Shown here in pieces: positions 23,160-30,770 of a stretch of 38,614 nt of DNA. The position numbers and the translations under genes are program-made. This stretch comes from a virus. Lineage: Duplodnaviria; Caudoviricetes. The notes beneath the pieces are model-generated. The model searched no databases. It was not told the origin of the DNA and saw only the letters and a program-made list of their open reading frames with translations. Each line of letters opens with the position of its first letter. Position 1 is the stretch's first letter. The DNA lies in the IMG/VR virus record IMGVR_UViG_3300020045_008736, positions 1 through 38,614 of that record. One strand, given 5' to 3'.

Positions 23160-23660
23160 ATGGCATCAATATACGAACTAACAGAACAAGCAAACAGGCT
23201 GCGCGACTACTTATTGTTTGAAGAAGATGACGAAGAGGCACGGAAGGAACTGGATGCAATAACCGGAACAGAAACAAACAAATTGCGCTTTGTCAGCAAT
23301 ATTTTAGCGGAATCACTGGCTCTAAAAGCGGGTTATGACGAAGCGGAAAGAATGTTAAAAAACCGCAATGATTCAAACGATAAGCTCATTAAGCGCCTAA
23401 AAGAATATATGCTATTCGGCATGAGTGAAAACGCAATAAAACGCATTGACGGCGATTTTATTAGCCTTCGGCTACAGCCGAGCCCGCCGGCTGTAAAATA
23501 CAGTGATACGTTTGATGTAAACAAGCTGCCTAAACAGTGTATTACCATTGTGCCAGAACAACCAAAACCCATTGCAAAAGAAATCAAAGCGCTGATTGAG
23601 GCTGGTGAAGATGTGCCTGGGTGCTGGGTTGAGCAAGCGGTTGGCGTGAGGGTTTGTTAA
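23160..23660 (+). CDS. siphovirus Gp157-family protein
   Basis: M.SIYEL, long helical region, RLK.Y...M, F.ISL...SPPAV, K.EIK..I..G..VPG. Confidence 0.85.
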   Translation: MASIYELTEQANRLRDYLLFEEDDEEARKELDAITGTETNKLRFVSNILAESLALKAGYDEAERMLKNRNDSNDKLIKRLKEYMLFGMSENAIKRIDGDFISLRLQPSPPAVKYSDTFDVNKLPKQCITIVPEQPKPIAKEIKALIEAGEDVPGCWVEQAVGVRVC

Positions 23661-24010
23661 TGAATAAATTAAGCTGGTTGATTTACTTTGCTGGAATTGC
23701 CGAGAGCATATTTGTTGTATCTTTTATTGGATTATTAATTATAGCTTTTTTTTCCGGTATGGCTGCCATTTACAATGAAGCGGAGAAAGACTATAAAAAC
23801 TTTATTAAAAAAGACCCTTTTGCTTTTAAATATCTTTTCATATTTTTTGTTTTAATCTTTACATTTGTTCCGAATAAAAACACTATTTTAGCCATAGCAG
23901 CAAGTGAAATTGGCGAGAATGCAATCACACAATTTAAAGATAGCAAATATTTAAAAGCGCTGGACGCTTGGATTGATGCGCAATTGAAATCTAGTGGCGC
24001 TACTAAATGA
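23660..24010 (+). CDS. membrane protein (two TM segments)
   Basis: LSWLIY.A...; F.P.K.T..AIAASE.GE pattern. Confidence 0.7.
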   Translation: MNKLSWLIYFAGIAESIFVVSFIGLLIIAFFSGMAAIYNEAEKDYKNFIKKDPFAFKYLFIFFVLIFTFVPNKNTILAIAASEIGENAITQFKDSKYLKALDAWIDAQLKSSGATK

Positions 24011-25656
24011 AAAAACGTAAAGAGCTACGCTATTTTCAAAAAGACGCTTGCCGCGCTTTAGTGGCAAGCATGGAGCAAGGGAACAAAGCCTGTGCAAGCA
24101 TCATGACCGCACTAGGCAAAGCGCTGATCGCCTCAGCGCTTGCCGAATGGGGCCGTAAAAAAAAGCTGCGCGTCATTATATTTGTGCCAAACGCCAAGCT
24201 GGTTGAGCAGAATTATCAGGAATGCGTGGAGTTTTTAAGCAATCCAAGTGAAGTGGGGATTGTTTGCAGCAAGATGCAAAAAAAACAAAACACGAAACAG
24301 GTAGTGATTGCCATGTATCAAAGCTTTGCATCAATACGCGCCATTAGTGGCGCGTTTGACTTGTGCATTATAGACGAGTGCCACATGGTTTCTAATGAGC
24401 CGGATAGCGCATATCGCAAGATTTTGCGTAGCCTTTACCGGCTTAATCCCAATATGAAAACGTGCGGATTTACCGCGACACCATATCGTATGGGGCAAGG
24501 CTTATTGACAGAGCAATGTTTAAAAGGCGAGCCGTTTTTTAACCATATTTGTTACGATACCAGCGTTGACCCAGGCATTAAACGATTGGTGGATGAAGGC
24601 TATTTAGCGCAGATTGAAATAGTTAATACGGTATCCCATGTCAACCTGGACGGCGTTAAAATGTCGGGCCATGATTATAACACGCGTGCAACTGGTGTAA
24701 GGTTTGATGCAATCATTGACGAGGCGGTCCCGGAAGTAGAGAGAGGATTTAAAGAGCATGGCATTAAGACTGCGCTTATTTTCTCCTCAACCATTGAGAA
24801 CGGAAACCATATTATTGACCGATGGACAAACAAAGATGAGATAAAAATCATTCATGGCAAATTACCGAACAGTGAAATAAATAACGCCATTAAATGGCTT
24901 GAGCAAGGACATGGTAATCGATACTTGGTTAACGTTGAAATGCTCACAACCGGGTTTAATATGCCTAGCTTACAGGCTATTGTGCTATTACGTGCCACCA
25001 CGTCACCAGGATTGCTAATACAAATCATAGGCCGGTTAATCAGGCCGTATGGTCAACTGGTTGGTTTAATATGGGACTTTGGAACTAATATCCAGCGGCT
25101 TGGCGGCATAGATGATATTCAAGTGCCAAAAACCCGCACCAAGAAAGAAGAACCGTTAAAGAAGTACTGCAAGATTGAATTGTGCAGTGCGCCAAACCCA
25201 ATTAGCGCGAAGTATTGTAAGGAATGCGGTGCGCTGTTTATTAGCGAGGATGATAGCGGAAATTATTCAATGAAAACCAAGGCGCAACTATTGATTGAAA
25301 AGCGCGAAGAGAGCCGCAAAACGCACGAAGTAAGCACGGTAGTGCCAATATTAACCTATGACAATCATGGCAAAAGATATATCAAATTAACCTTTCATTC
25401 TGGATATGAGGCGGTCTATACGCACCACCTGATGCCTGAGCATTACGGTGACCAAGGTAGCGAGGCAAGGATATTTTTATTGAAATGGCTTAAAGAACTA
25501 AGCTATTATAACCAGCTCGCATCAATAAATTTTGATTGTGAGTCGATTTATAAACTGCTTACTGAGCATGATTATCTGTTTAAAAAAATTAGTTGGATAG
25601 TCACTGTGCAAAATGGGCGATATAGAAATTTGGAAAATTGGGGAAGTGAAGAATGA
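24007..25656 (+). CDS. superfamily II (DExH) helicase, RadD/YejH-like, with a C-terminal zinc ribbon
   Basis: LR.FQ, TALGKA, IIDECH, GFTATPYR, VNV.MLTTGF, R.T.S.GL..Q..GR..R, DF..N..R.G, C....C...C..CG. Confidence 0.9.
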   Translation: MKKRKELRYFQKDACRALVASMEQGNKACASIMTALGKALIASALAEWGRKKKLRVIIFVPNAKLVEQNYQECVEFLSNPSEVGIVCSKMQKKQNTKQVVIAMYQSFASIRAISGAFDLCIIDECHMVSNEPDSAYRKILRSLYRLNPNMKTCGFTATPYRMGQGLLTEQCLKGEPFFNHICYDTSVDPGIKRLVDEGYLAQIEIVNTVSHVNLDGVKMSGHDYNTRATGVRFDAIIDEAVPEVERGFKEHGIKTALIFSSTIENGNHIIDRWTNKDEIKIIHGKLPNSEINNAIKWLEQGHGNRYLVNVEMLTTGFNMPSLQAIVLLRATTSPGLLIQIIGRLIRPYGQLVGLIWDFGTNIQRLGGIDDIQVPKTRTKKEEPLKKYCKIELCSAPNPISAKYCKECGALFISEDDSGNYSMKTKAQLLIEKREESRKTHEVSTVVPILTYDNHGKRYIKLTFHSGYEAVYTHHLMPEHYGDQGSEARIFLLKWLKELSYYNQLASINFDCESIYKLLTEHDYLFKKISWIVTVQNGRYRNLENWGSEE

Positions 25657-25835
25657 ATAAAAAAGTAACTTTAGAACGAATTGAAACAAAAAAGGAAACA
25701 TGCAAAGGGTGTATATTTAATAAAAAGCTAGGGTTTTGCGGTGCCAGAACACATGACTTCCCTTGTTGGGACCACGTAGAGCAAAAGCAATATATCTGGG
25801 TAATAAAAAATGATAAACATTCAGAAATATATTAA
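25653..25835 (+). CDS. small Cys-rich protein (CKGCIF...C...C)
   Basis: ATGA overlap with the helicase gene. Confidence 0.6.
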   Translation: MNKKVTLERIETKKETCKGCIFNKKLGFCGARTHDFPCWDHVEQKQYIWVIKNDKHSEIY

Positions 25836-25998
25836 CCATCCGCAAAGGCAATTAATATTAACGCTTAATATTAAACGTTTAAATAAGATATTAGATGATG
25901 CAATAGAGTGGAATTTTGGCTATTGTCCTAGCGGAGTCAAATGGTTTGACAGTGCTTTAGAAGAAAGTAATGCATTAATTGAATTAATGGATAGCTAA
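25810..25998 (+). CDS. hypothetical protein (62 aa)
   Basis: ORF packing. Confidence 0.55.
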   Translation: MINIQKYINHPQRQLILTLNIKRLNKILDDAIEWNFGYCPSGVKWFDSALEESNALIELMDS

Positions 25999-25999
25999 A

Positions 26000-26176
26000 A
26001 TGATAAACATACTGGAATTAGTAAAGAAGGAAGCATCGAATCCAAGCCTGGATAGCATCGTTTTTGAAAATTTACTTAAAGAGCTTGGCCTGGATAACGA
26101 TACAATAGATGACTGTTTGGCCATGCCGTCTGACCGCCGCGAATGGCTATTAACTTATTTTGAGGGTAAAAAATGA
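26000..26176 (+). CDS. hypothetical protein (58 aa, MINILELVKKEASNPSLD...)
   Basis: Translated by hand; ATGA overlap with the next gene. Confidence 0.6.
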   Translation: MINILELVKKEASNPSLDSIVFENLLKELGLDNDTIDDCLAMPSDRREWLLTYFEGKK

Positions 26177-26355
26177 AAATCTTTGATACGCATGTGCTTG
26201 AGACGGCAGAAACATGCGGTTGCGATAAAGAGCTAAATAAGTCATGTCCTATTTGCGATGGCTATTTGCATGTTTGCAGGATATGCGGTGCTTATGAATC
26301 TGATTTGCAAAAATACAGTTGCGAACAATACAAGGAGAAAAAGAAAAATGATTAA
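26173..26355 (+). CDS. Cys-rich zinc-binding protein (CPICDG.L.VC..CG..E..L...C)
   Basis: Seven Cys; RBS GAGG. Confidence 0.65.
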   Translation: MKIFDTHVLETAETCGCDKELNKSCPICDGYLHVCRICGAYESDLQKYSCEQYKEKKKND

Positions 26356-26482
26356 ATGGCAAATAATGAAGTCAAGGTGGCTTGGCATTGGATTAAGCTA
26401 CTGTCATGCAGAAAGAGAAATTGATATATTGATATTCAATCGTCGATTAATTTTGTGTTTTTTAGGAAGTAAAAATGATTAG
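26348..26482 (+). CDS. hypothetical protein (44 aa, MIKWQIMKSRWLGIG...)
   Basis: RBS AGGAG before the ATG at 26348. Confidence 0.5.
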   Translation: MIKWQIMKSRWLGIGLSYCHAEREIDILIFNRRLILCFLGSKND

Positions 26483-27032
26483 TGACGAAGTGTACACAAA
26501 AGAAATGCACCGGCTTTTAAAAGCGCGTGATTATCTAAAACATGATCGAGAAACGCTTATTAAAACGGCATTTGAGACATTTAAACATTGCGAACGAGAT
26601 GCGCACCTTGAAGATATGGAGCGTGCGTTAAGGCAATATAAGGCGGCAAAAAAAGCGCTCACTCATGTCCCATTAGAAAAAGATGAGCAAAAAGCTGTTG
26701 TTTTATGGTTCCATCAGGAATTCCCAACAAAAAAAATAATGTCAGTGCGCAATGACGGTTTTAGGCTGCGCAAAGAGCGCATAGAACAGATTGAAATGGG
26801 CTTATTGCCCGGTGCATCGGATTTATTGATACCGCACATTACGACATGGGTTGAGATGAAACGTGCCAATGAAAAACTATCTGTTTGGTCAGAAGAACAA
26901 CAAGAGTTTGCAAGGTATATCAATGAAGAGTGCGAAGGACAGATTTACTTATTGTGCTATGGATTTGAAGATGCCAAGCAACAAATTTTGCAAGTGATCG
27001 AGAATAAATCTTTGGTGAACAATAATGCTTAA
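26475..27032 (+). CDS. VRR-NUC (PD-(D/E)xK) nuclease with an N-terminal helical extension
   Basis: E..EQ..VV.W, N.G.R, G..PGASDL.IP...WVEMK, SEEQ..F, .CYG.EDA. Confidence 0.8.
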   Translation: MISDEVYTKEMHRLLKARDYLKHDRETLIKTAFETFKHCERDAHLEDMERALRQYKAAKKALTHVPLEKDEQKAVVLWFHQEFPTKKIMSVRNDGFRLRKERIEQIEMGLLPGASDLLIPHITTWVEMKRANEKLSVWSEEQQEFARYINEECEGQIYLLCYGFEDAKQQILQVIENKSLVNNNA

Positions 27033-27420
27033 AAAAACATCAGAAGAGTTAAGAACTGAGTACATGTCTCTAGTCGCTGAAGCAAAAGAGTGTATAAAAA
27101 TAGCAGAAGAAGGCAAGAAAGCCGAAAAAAGACTATCAGAACTGCGAGACTGGCGTGGCGCTTACCAGAGAGGGCTAATTAATTTGGCAAAAATAGAGTA
27201 TGAAGATTCGTTGTTGCCTGAATTTAACGACCGTTTTTTAATAAAAAGCATAGATAATAAATGGATTTATCTGCGCGAAAAAGGATATTTAATAAGTACT
27301 CGCGAGTTCAAACTATCAAATGGATGGCCTAAAAGCTCTCGTGATGGATATGGTAAAATTGATGCAGAGCTAGCATTGAAAATATGGAAAGACCATTTAT
27401 TAAAAAATGATAAAAAATAA
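27025..27420 (+). CDS. hypothetical protein (131 aa)
   Basis: RBS GGTGA; overlaps the VRR-NUC stop. Confidence 0.7.
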   Translation: MLKKTSEELRTEYMSLVAEAKECIKIAEEGKKAEKRLSELRDWRGAYQRGLINLAKIEYEDSLLPEFNDRFLIKSIDNKWIYLREKGYLISTREFKLSNGWPKSSRDGYGKIDAELALKIWKDHLLKNDKK

Positions 27421-27423
27421 AGC

Positions 27424-27452
27424 TTGCAAATAACTAAAAATAATTTTATTAT
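27424..27452 (+). promoter_or_regulatory. sigma70-type promoter TTGCAA-N17-TATTAT
   Basis: Near-consensus hexamers with optimal spacing. Confidence 0.65.
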
Positions 27453-27456
27453 TAAT

Positions 27457-27483
27457 ACGCCTTGATAGAGAGGCGTTTTTTTT
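27457..27483 (+). terminator. intrinsic terminator ACGCCT-N8-AGGCGT-T7
   Basis: 6-bp stem and a long U tract. Confidence 0.7.
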
Positions 27484-27495
27484 GGAGAGATTAAG

Positions 27496-27768
27496 ATGAA
27501 AATTGCATTATACAAAACAAACTACAGCGACAGACATGTTCTTGAAGCTGATGAATGGATTGAGAATAAACCGGAAGATTATTTAAGGATTAGTGAAATT
27601 GTAGATATTGATTTTGTCATGTTGCCTAAGTCAGAAACATTGTCAAAAGAACTGGCAATGATTGACGCACAAATCGAAGAATTGCAAAGCGACTTTGGGT
27701 CAAGAATTAGCCATCTGCAGGCCAAGAAACAAGAACTTTTAGCTATAGGACATGATGATGAACAATAA
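27496..27768 (+). CDS. hypothetical coiled-coil protein (90 aa)
   Basis: RBS GGAGAG; Y.RISE.V..DF..L... followed by a coiled coil ending LLAI. Confidence 0.75.
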   Translation: MKIALYKTNYSDRHVLEADEWIENKPEDYLRISEIVDIDFVMLPKSETLSKELAMIDAQIEELQSDFGSRISHLQAKKQELLAIGHDDEQ

Positions 27769-27859
27769 AGAAGATGCGCCAGAAATGTTGATATTGTTTT
27801 TATTTGTCGCATTATCTTTGTTGATTGTCGGCTTGGTGACTTATGGATTAGTGAAATGA
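27758..27859 (+). CDS. small single-TM protein (~33 aa)
   Basis: Translated by hand; ATGA overlap with the next gene. Confidence 0.5.
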   Translation: MNNKEDAPEMLILFLFVALSLLIVGLVTYGLVK

Positions 27860-28311
27860 ATTTAATAAATTCCAAACAAACTGGCGAATTATTAGGTTTT
27901 ATATATCCATCAGTGCGCGGAAAATACATAGGTCTGTTAAAGCGGTTTCATGACGAGTTTCCGCCAGTTGAATTGACAATAGGCAAGGCGCATTTTTATG
28001 ACGAAGATAAAATTAAAGCGTTTGTAAAAAATCACAATGCGACCGAATTTTGTGCAAATATATTATCAACTCATTACATGGATCTAAAGCCAAACCGTGG
28101 CGTATCGCCGGATTTTGAATACGCCGATACGCCTGAATTTGACGCAATTGATTTTGCTAAAAATGCAAAAGGCAAACAAAAGCTAATTAAAGATTTTATT
28201 GCCGGGCATTATGCGCCCATGACGCTTAAGCTAAAAGCAAAGCTTAAAAAATTAACTGCAAAGCATTTTCCAAAACAAACTACGCGACTTAGGGTGAAAG
28301 GGTTTAACTAG
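27856..28311 (+). CDS. hypothetical protein, possible N-terminal AlpA/Xis-like winged HTH
   Basis: LI.SKQ..ELLG...FP....IG....Y....I..F resembles the AlpA/excisionase pattern. Confidence 0.5.
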   Translation: MNLINSKQTGELLGFIYPSVRGKYIGLLKRFHDEFPPVELTIGKAHFYDEDKIKAFVKNHNATEFCANILSTHYMDLKPNRGVSPDFEYADTPEFDAIDFAKNAKGKQKLIKDFIAGHYAPMTLKLKAKLKKLTAKHFPKQTTRLRVKGFN

Positions 28312-28334
28312 GTAATAGTTAACAGACACACATT

Positions 28335-28373
28335 AAAAAACCTGCTTAAATGTTTTTTTATTTAGGCAGGTTT
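28335..28373. terminator. terminator between the convergent early and lysis blocks
   Basis: AAACCTGCTTAAAT / ATTTAGGCAGGTTT 14-bp stem with one T-G pair; A6 on the left gives a U tract on the minus strand. Confidence 0.75.
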
Positions 28374-28430
28374 ATATGCTGGAAGTCATTATGGTCGCTA
28401 CACTGATTAATTTAACATTAACAATATTGT

Positions 28431-28649
28431 CTATGTGGGCCAATGCCCGTGTGTGGCGTAGTAGACGCAAGCGCTAAGAACGCCGATAACTGACCACTGG
28501 GCGACCGTTTTAGCTATCTCGTAATACATGGATTTGCGCGCCTTTTCAGCCTCTATAGCCTCTTCAATCCATCGATGATGCTCTTCATGCCTTATGTCAA
28601 TTTCTCGCCGCTGGCGTGACCTGCGTTCATTTTGCTCATGATTATTCAT
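28431..28649 (-). CDS. lysis-cassette membrane protein (C-terminal TM; holin/antiholin-like)
   Basis: Charged N-terminus, H.EHH.WI, one C-terminal TM segment; ATGA overlap with Rz. Confidence 0.55.
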   Translation of the reverse strand: MNNHEQNERRSRQRREIDIRHEEHHRWIEEAIEAEKARKSMYYEIAKTVAQWSVIGVLSACVYYATHGHWPT

Positions 28650-29125
28650 TGCACGCCGCACTTAGCTGAAACAAAAGCTACCAGTGAATTGTAATCCGCC
28701 GTTAGTTGGTCGGCACGGAATGATTCGGATTTAAGAAATTCTGTAAGTTCTGCTGAAAGTTCGGATCCACTGGTTTCAGGCTCTTTAGGCCGTCCGGTAC
28801 CACTGGTTTTTGACACGGCGCAATGACTACTCGACCGACTGGTTCCACGGTCGTACAAGCGCACTGGCTTAAGGCTATCATGCAAAGTATTAATAGATTC
28901 AATTGCTGCCACATGGGACTGCTCCAAGTTTTTATTAAGGTCAACCGCTTCAATTTCTTTTTGGGCAAGCTGGCCTGTTAAGCTATCAAGCTGCGCTTGC
29001 GCTGATTCTTTTTGCGTGGCTATTGCTATATTTAACGCAGCTATGGCTTGTTTATCGTTGTGCCAGGCCACGCCAAATCCTGAGCAAAATGACGCTACTA
29101 ACGCGCCTATGATTGCATAAATCAT
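28646..29125 (-). CDS. Rz: Rz-like inner-membrane spanin
   Basis: N-terminal TM, coiled coil, RL motif, ELS.E...FL.....RAD; directly after the endolysin. Confidence 0.8.
   Translation of the reverse strand: MIYAIIGALVASFCSGFGVAWHNDKQAIAALNIAIATQKESAQAQLDSLTGQLAQKEIEAVDLNKNLEQSHVAAIESINTLHDSLKPVRLYDRGTSRSSSHCAVSKTSGTGRPKEPETSGSELSAELTEFLKSESFRADQLTADYNSLVAFVSAKCGVQ
28702..28914 (-). CDS. Rz1: Rz1-like outer-membrane lipoprotein spanin embedded in Rz
   Basis: GGAG 7 nt before the ATG at 28914; MWQQLNLLILCMIALSQCA|C lipoprotein-like signal; Pro-rich mature part; alternate frame inside Rz. Confidence 0.75.
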   Translation of the reverse strand: MWQQLNLLILCMIALSQCACTTVEPVGRVVIAPCQKPVVPDGLKSLKPVDPNFQQNLQNFLNPNHSVPTN

Positions 29126-29538
29126 TTAACCACCTTTCCAGCTTGCAGGTCTTTTAGTGTCAGCCCGCCAGTGTATTGGCAATGTGCCTTTTCTTTAAAC
29201 TTTGTCCAATCACCCGCCCAATCAAGGCCAATAGATTTAGCTATCGCACCGCACCGATTAAATAGCGCGTCGTTATTCCAACAAGCTTTCCCATTAACAA
29301 TAGGCACAAAATCAAAGGCGCGGCGATAGTTGTGAAAGCTTTGGCCTGCCTTTGCGTTCGTGACTTTTTTCCCCGGGCTTGTCCGGCCTTGTGCGTACAA
29401 TGCGTTTTGTGATTCGTTGTCACGGAACGTAGACGTAATAATAACGTCAATTCCGGCTGCCCGGCACTCTGAAATAAATAGCCTACATAGAGTCTCTACG
29501 GACTGATGCAAATCTTCAAGCTTTCTGCTATTTATCAT
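29122..29538 (-). CDS. endolysin, M15 family (L-Ala-D-Glu type) peptidase
   Basis: T.R..E.Q..LYAQGRT.PG..VTNA..GQS.HNY..A.D, GL.W.GDW..F.E..H.Q. Confidence 0.92.
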   Translation of the reverse strand: MINSRKLEDLHQSVETLCRLFISECRAAGIDVIITSTFRDNESQNALYAQGRTSPGKKVTNAKAGQSFHNYRRAFDFVPIVNGKACWNNDALFNRCGAIAKSIGLDWAGDWTKFKEKAHCQYTGGLTLKDLQAGKVVK

Positions 29539-29726
29539 GGCCGATTCCTTGCCTTATTAAAGTTAAATGCAGTTGCGTTAATTAGCTTGTGCAGATTGGC
29601 AAAGAAACCGCGTTTTGTTGGCTCAGGAAGGAAGGCGGCTATCATAGAGGAAAACCCAACTAGCTTTGGGATAAAATCGGATAGCGCATCAATCAATTGC
29701 GATGCGGATGTGATTTGTTCAATCAT
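29535..29726 (-). CDS. putative holin
   Basis: 63 aa with a hydrophobic core (LVGFSSMIAAFLP.P) and L.KLIN..AFN..KA.N tail; immediately upstream of the endolysin. Confidence 0.6.
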   Translation of the reverse strand: MIEQITSASQLIDALSDFIPKLVGFSSMIAAFLPEPTKRGFFANLHKLINATAFNFNKARNRP

Positions 29727-30013
29727 GAGGTTTTCCTTGGGTAATAATGGCGTTTACCATTATGATCGTAAACAAGGTGTGTGACATTGCCGTAAACTCG
29801 ATTAACTTCTTGTAGTACTGCGTCAAAATCTTTGCGGATAATACATAGGCTTGCTCCACCTTTTAACTCACATTCACCATTAACCGGCGGCAAGCAATTG
29901 GTGAAAAATTTGTATTGCACTGGGCTTTTGCACTGTCTGCGCTCAATACCGTTGTACACTCGAATTATGCCGCTTCCTTGCGGCAATGGCTCAAAGATTG
30001 CGTGGCTTGGCAT
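29723..30013 (-). CDS. hypothetical protein (~96 aa, four Cys)
   Basis: ATG at 30013, two nt after the upstream stop; ATGA overlap with the holin gene; start uncertain. Confidence 0.55.
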   Translation of the reverse strand: MPSHAIFEPLPQGSGIIRVYNGIERRQCKSPVQYKFFTNCLPPVNGECELKGGASLCIIRKDFDAVLQEVNRVYGNVTHLVYDHNGKRHYYPRKTS

Positions 30014-30014
30014 A

Positions 30015-30710
30015 TTACCAGCCATTAAACCCTGTTCCGCCAATACGGGAATTATGGGACGCGCCCCATTGACACGTTACTAAAACAGGTTCATCAGCTG
30101 GGTCGGCATATGTTGCTTTATTCAAAGAAAAAGAATTAGTTGGAGAATAATGGTTATATGTAAAATATTCTTGCTGTGGGTTTATTGGCGCTGGAATTCC
30201 TGGAAATGATGGCGGATAAATATTAGCTGGGTAAAAGTCTCCATAGCGATTTTTTGTTTGCAAACCATTTACACCAGAGAGCAAAAACAGATTAGAAAAT
30301 GCTGACCAGTTTTGATTTAATTTGGTAAGCGCTGGCAAGTAAATGCGGTTGAAAAATTCTTTTTCATTTCCAGTTACCGGCATAGCTCCTTGAATGTCGC
30401 ACCACTGAGATATTAAGTAATTAGGCACTAAAACATTGCATACCTGCGTAATAATTCCACTATTCAGGTCTTTTGATGCTTTTAAGCAATGCCCATTCCC
30501 TAACGTGATTGGTCGTGCATTAATAAACGCTTTATACGTGGTCTTTTTTAATGTTATGTCATTATTGCTAAAAGACGCACCAAACCCTTTAAGTTGCCCT
30601 GGGATTCCGCCAAGACTTACAAAATCATCAATAATAATCTGATCCCATGCCGACGCGGCAAAGCTACATAACAACAAAACAGACAATAAGCACGATTTAA
30701 CTTTATTCAT
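30015..30710 (-). CDS. secreted/periplasmic hypothetical protein (moron-like)
   Basis: Signal peptide MNKVKSCLLSVLLLCSFAASA|W; RBS GAGG; four Cys in the mature part. Confidence 0.75.
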   Translation of the reverse strand: MNKVKSCLLSVLLLCSFAASAWDQIIIDDFVSLGGIPGQLKGFGASFSNNDITLKKTTYKAFINARPITLGNGHCLKASKDLNSGIITQVCNVLVPNYLISQWCDIQGAMPVTGNEKEFFNRIYLPALTKLNQNWSAFSNLFLLSGVNGLQTKNRYGDFYPANIYPPSFPGIPAPINPQQEYFTYNHYSPTNSFSLNKATYADPADEPVLVTCQWGASHNSRIGGTGFNGW

Positions 30711-30738
30711 AAAAACCTCAATTATTAAATTACGCTTA

Positions 30739-30753
30739 ATTATATAACATAAC
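30739..30753 (-). promoter_or_regulatory. putative late promoter GTTATGTTATATAAT
   Basis: 11-bp identity with the terS-upstream motif; contains TATAAT. Confidence 0.55.
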
Positions 30754-30770
30754 TAAGCATATATAAAACA

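Noticed and set aside
27856-28430. Possible excisionase plus attP integration module
   Set aside because: The Xis/AlpA similarity is weak, and no tyrosine or serine recombinase or att core is recognisable.
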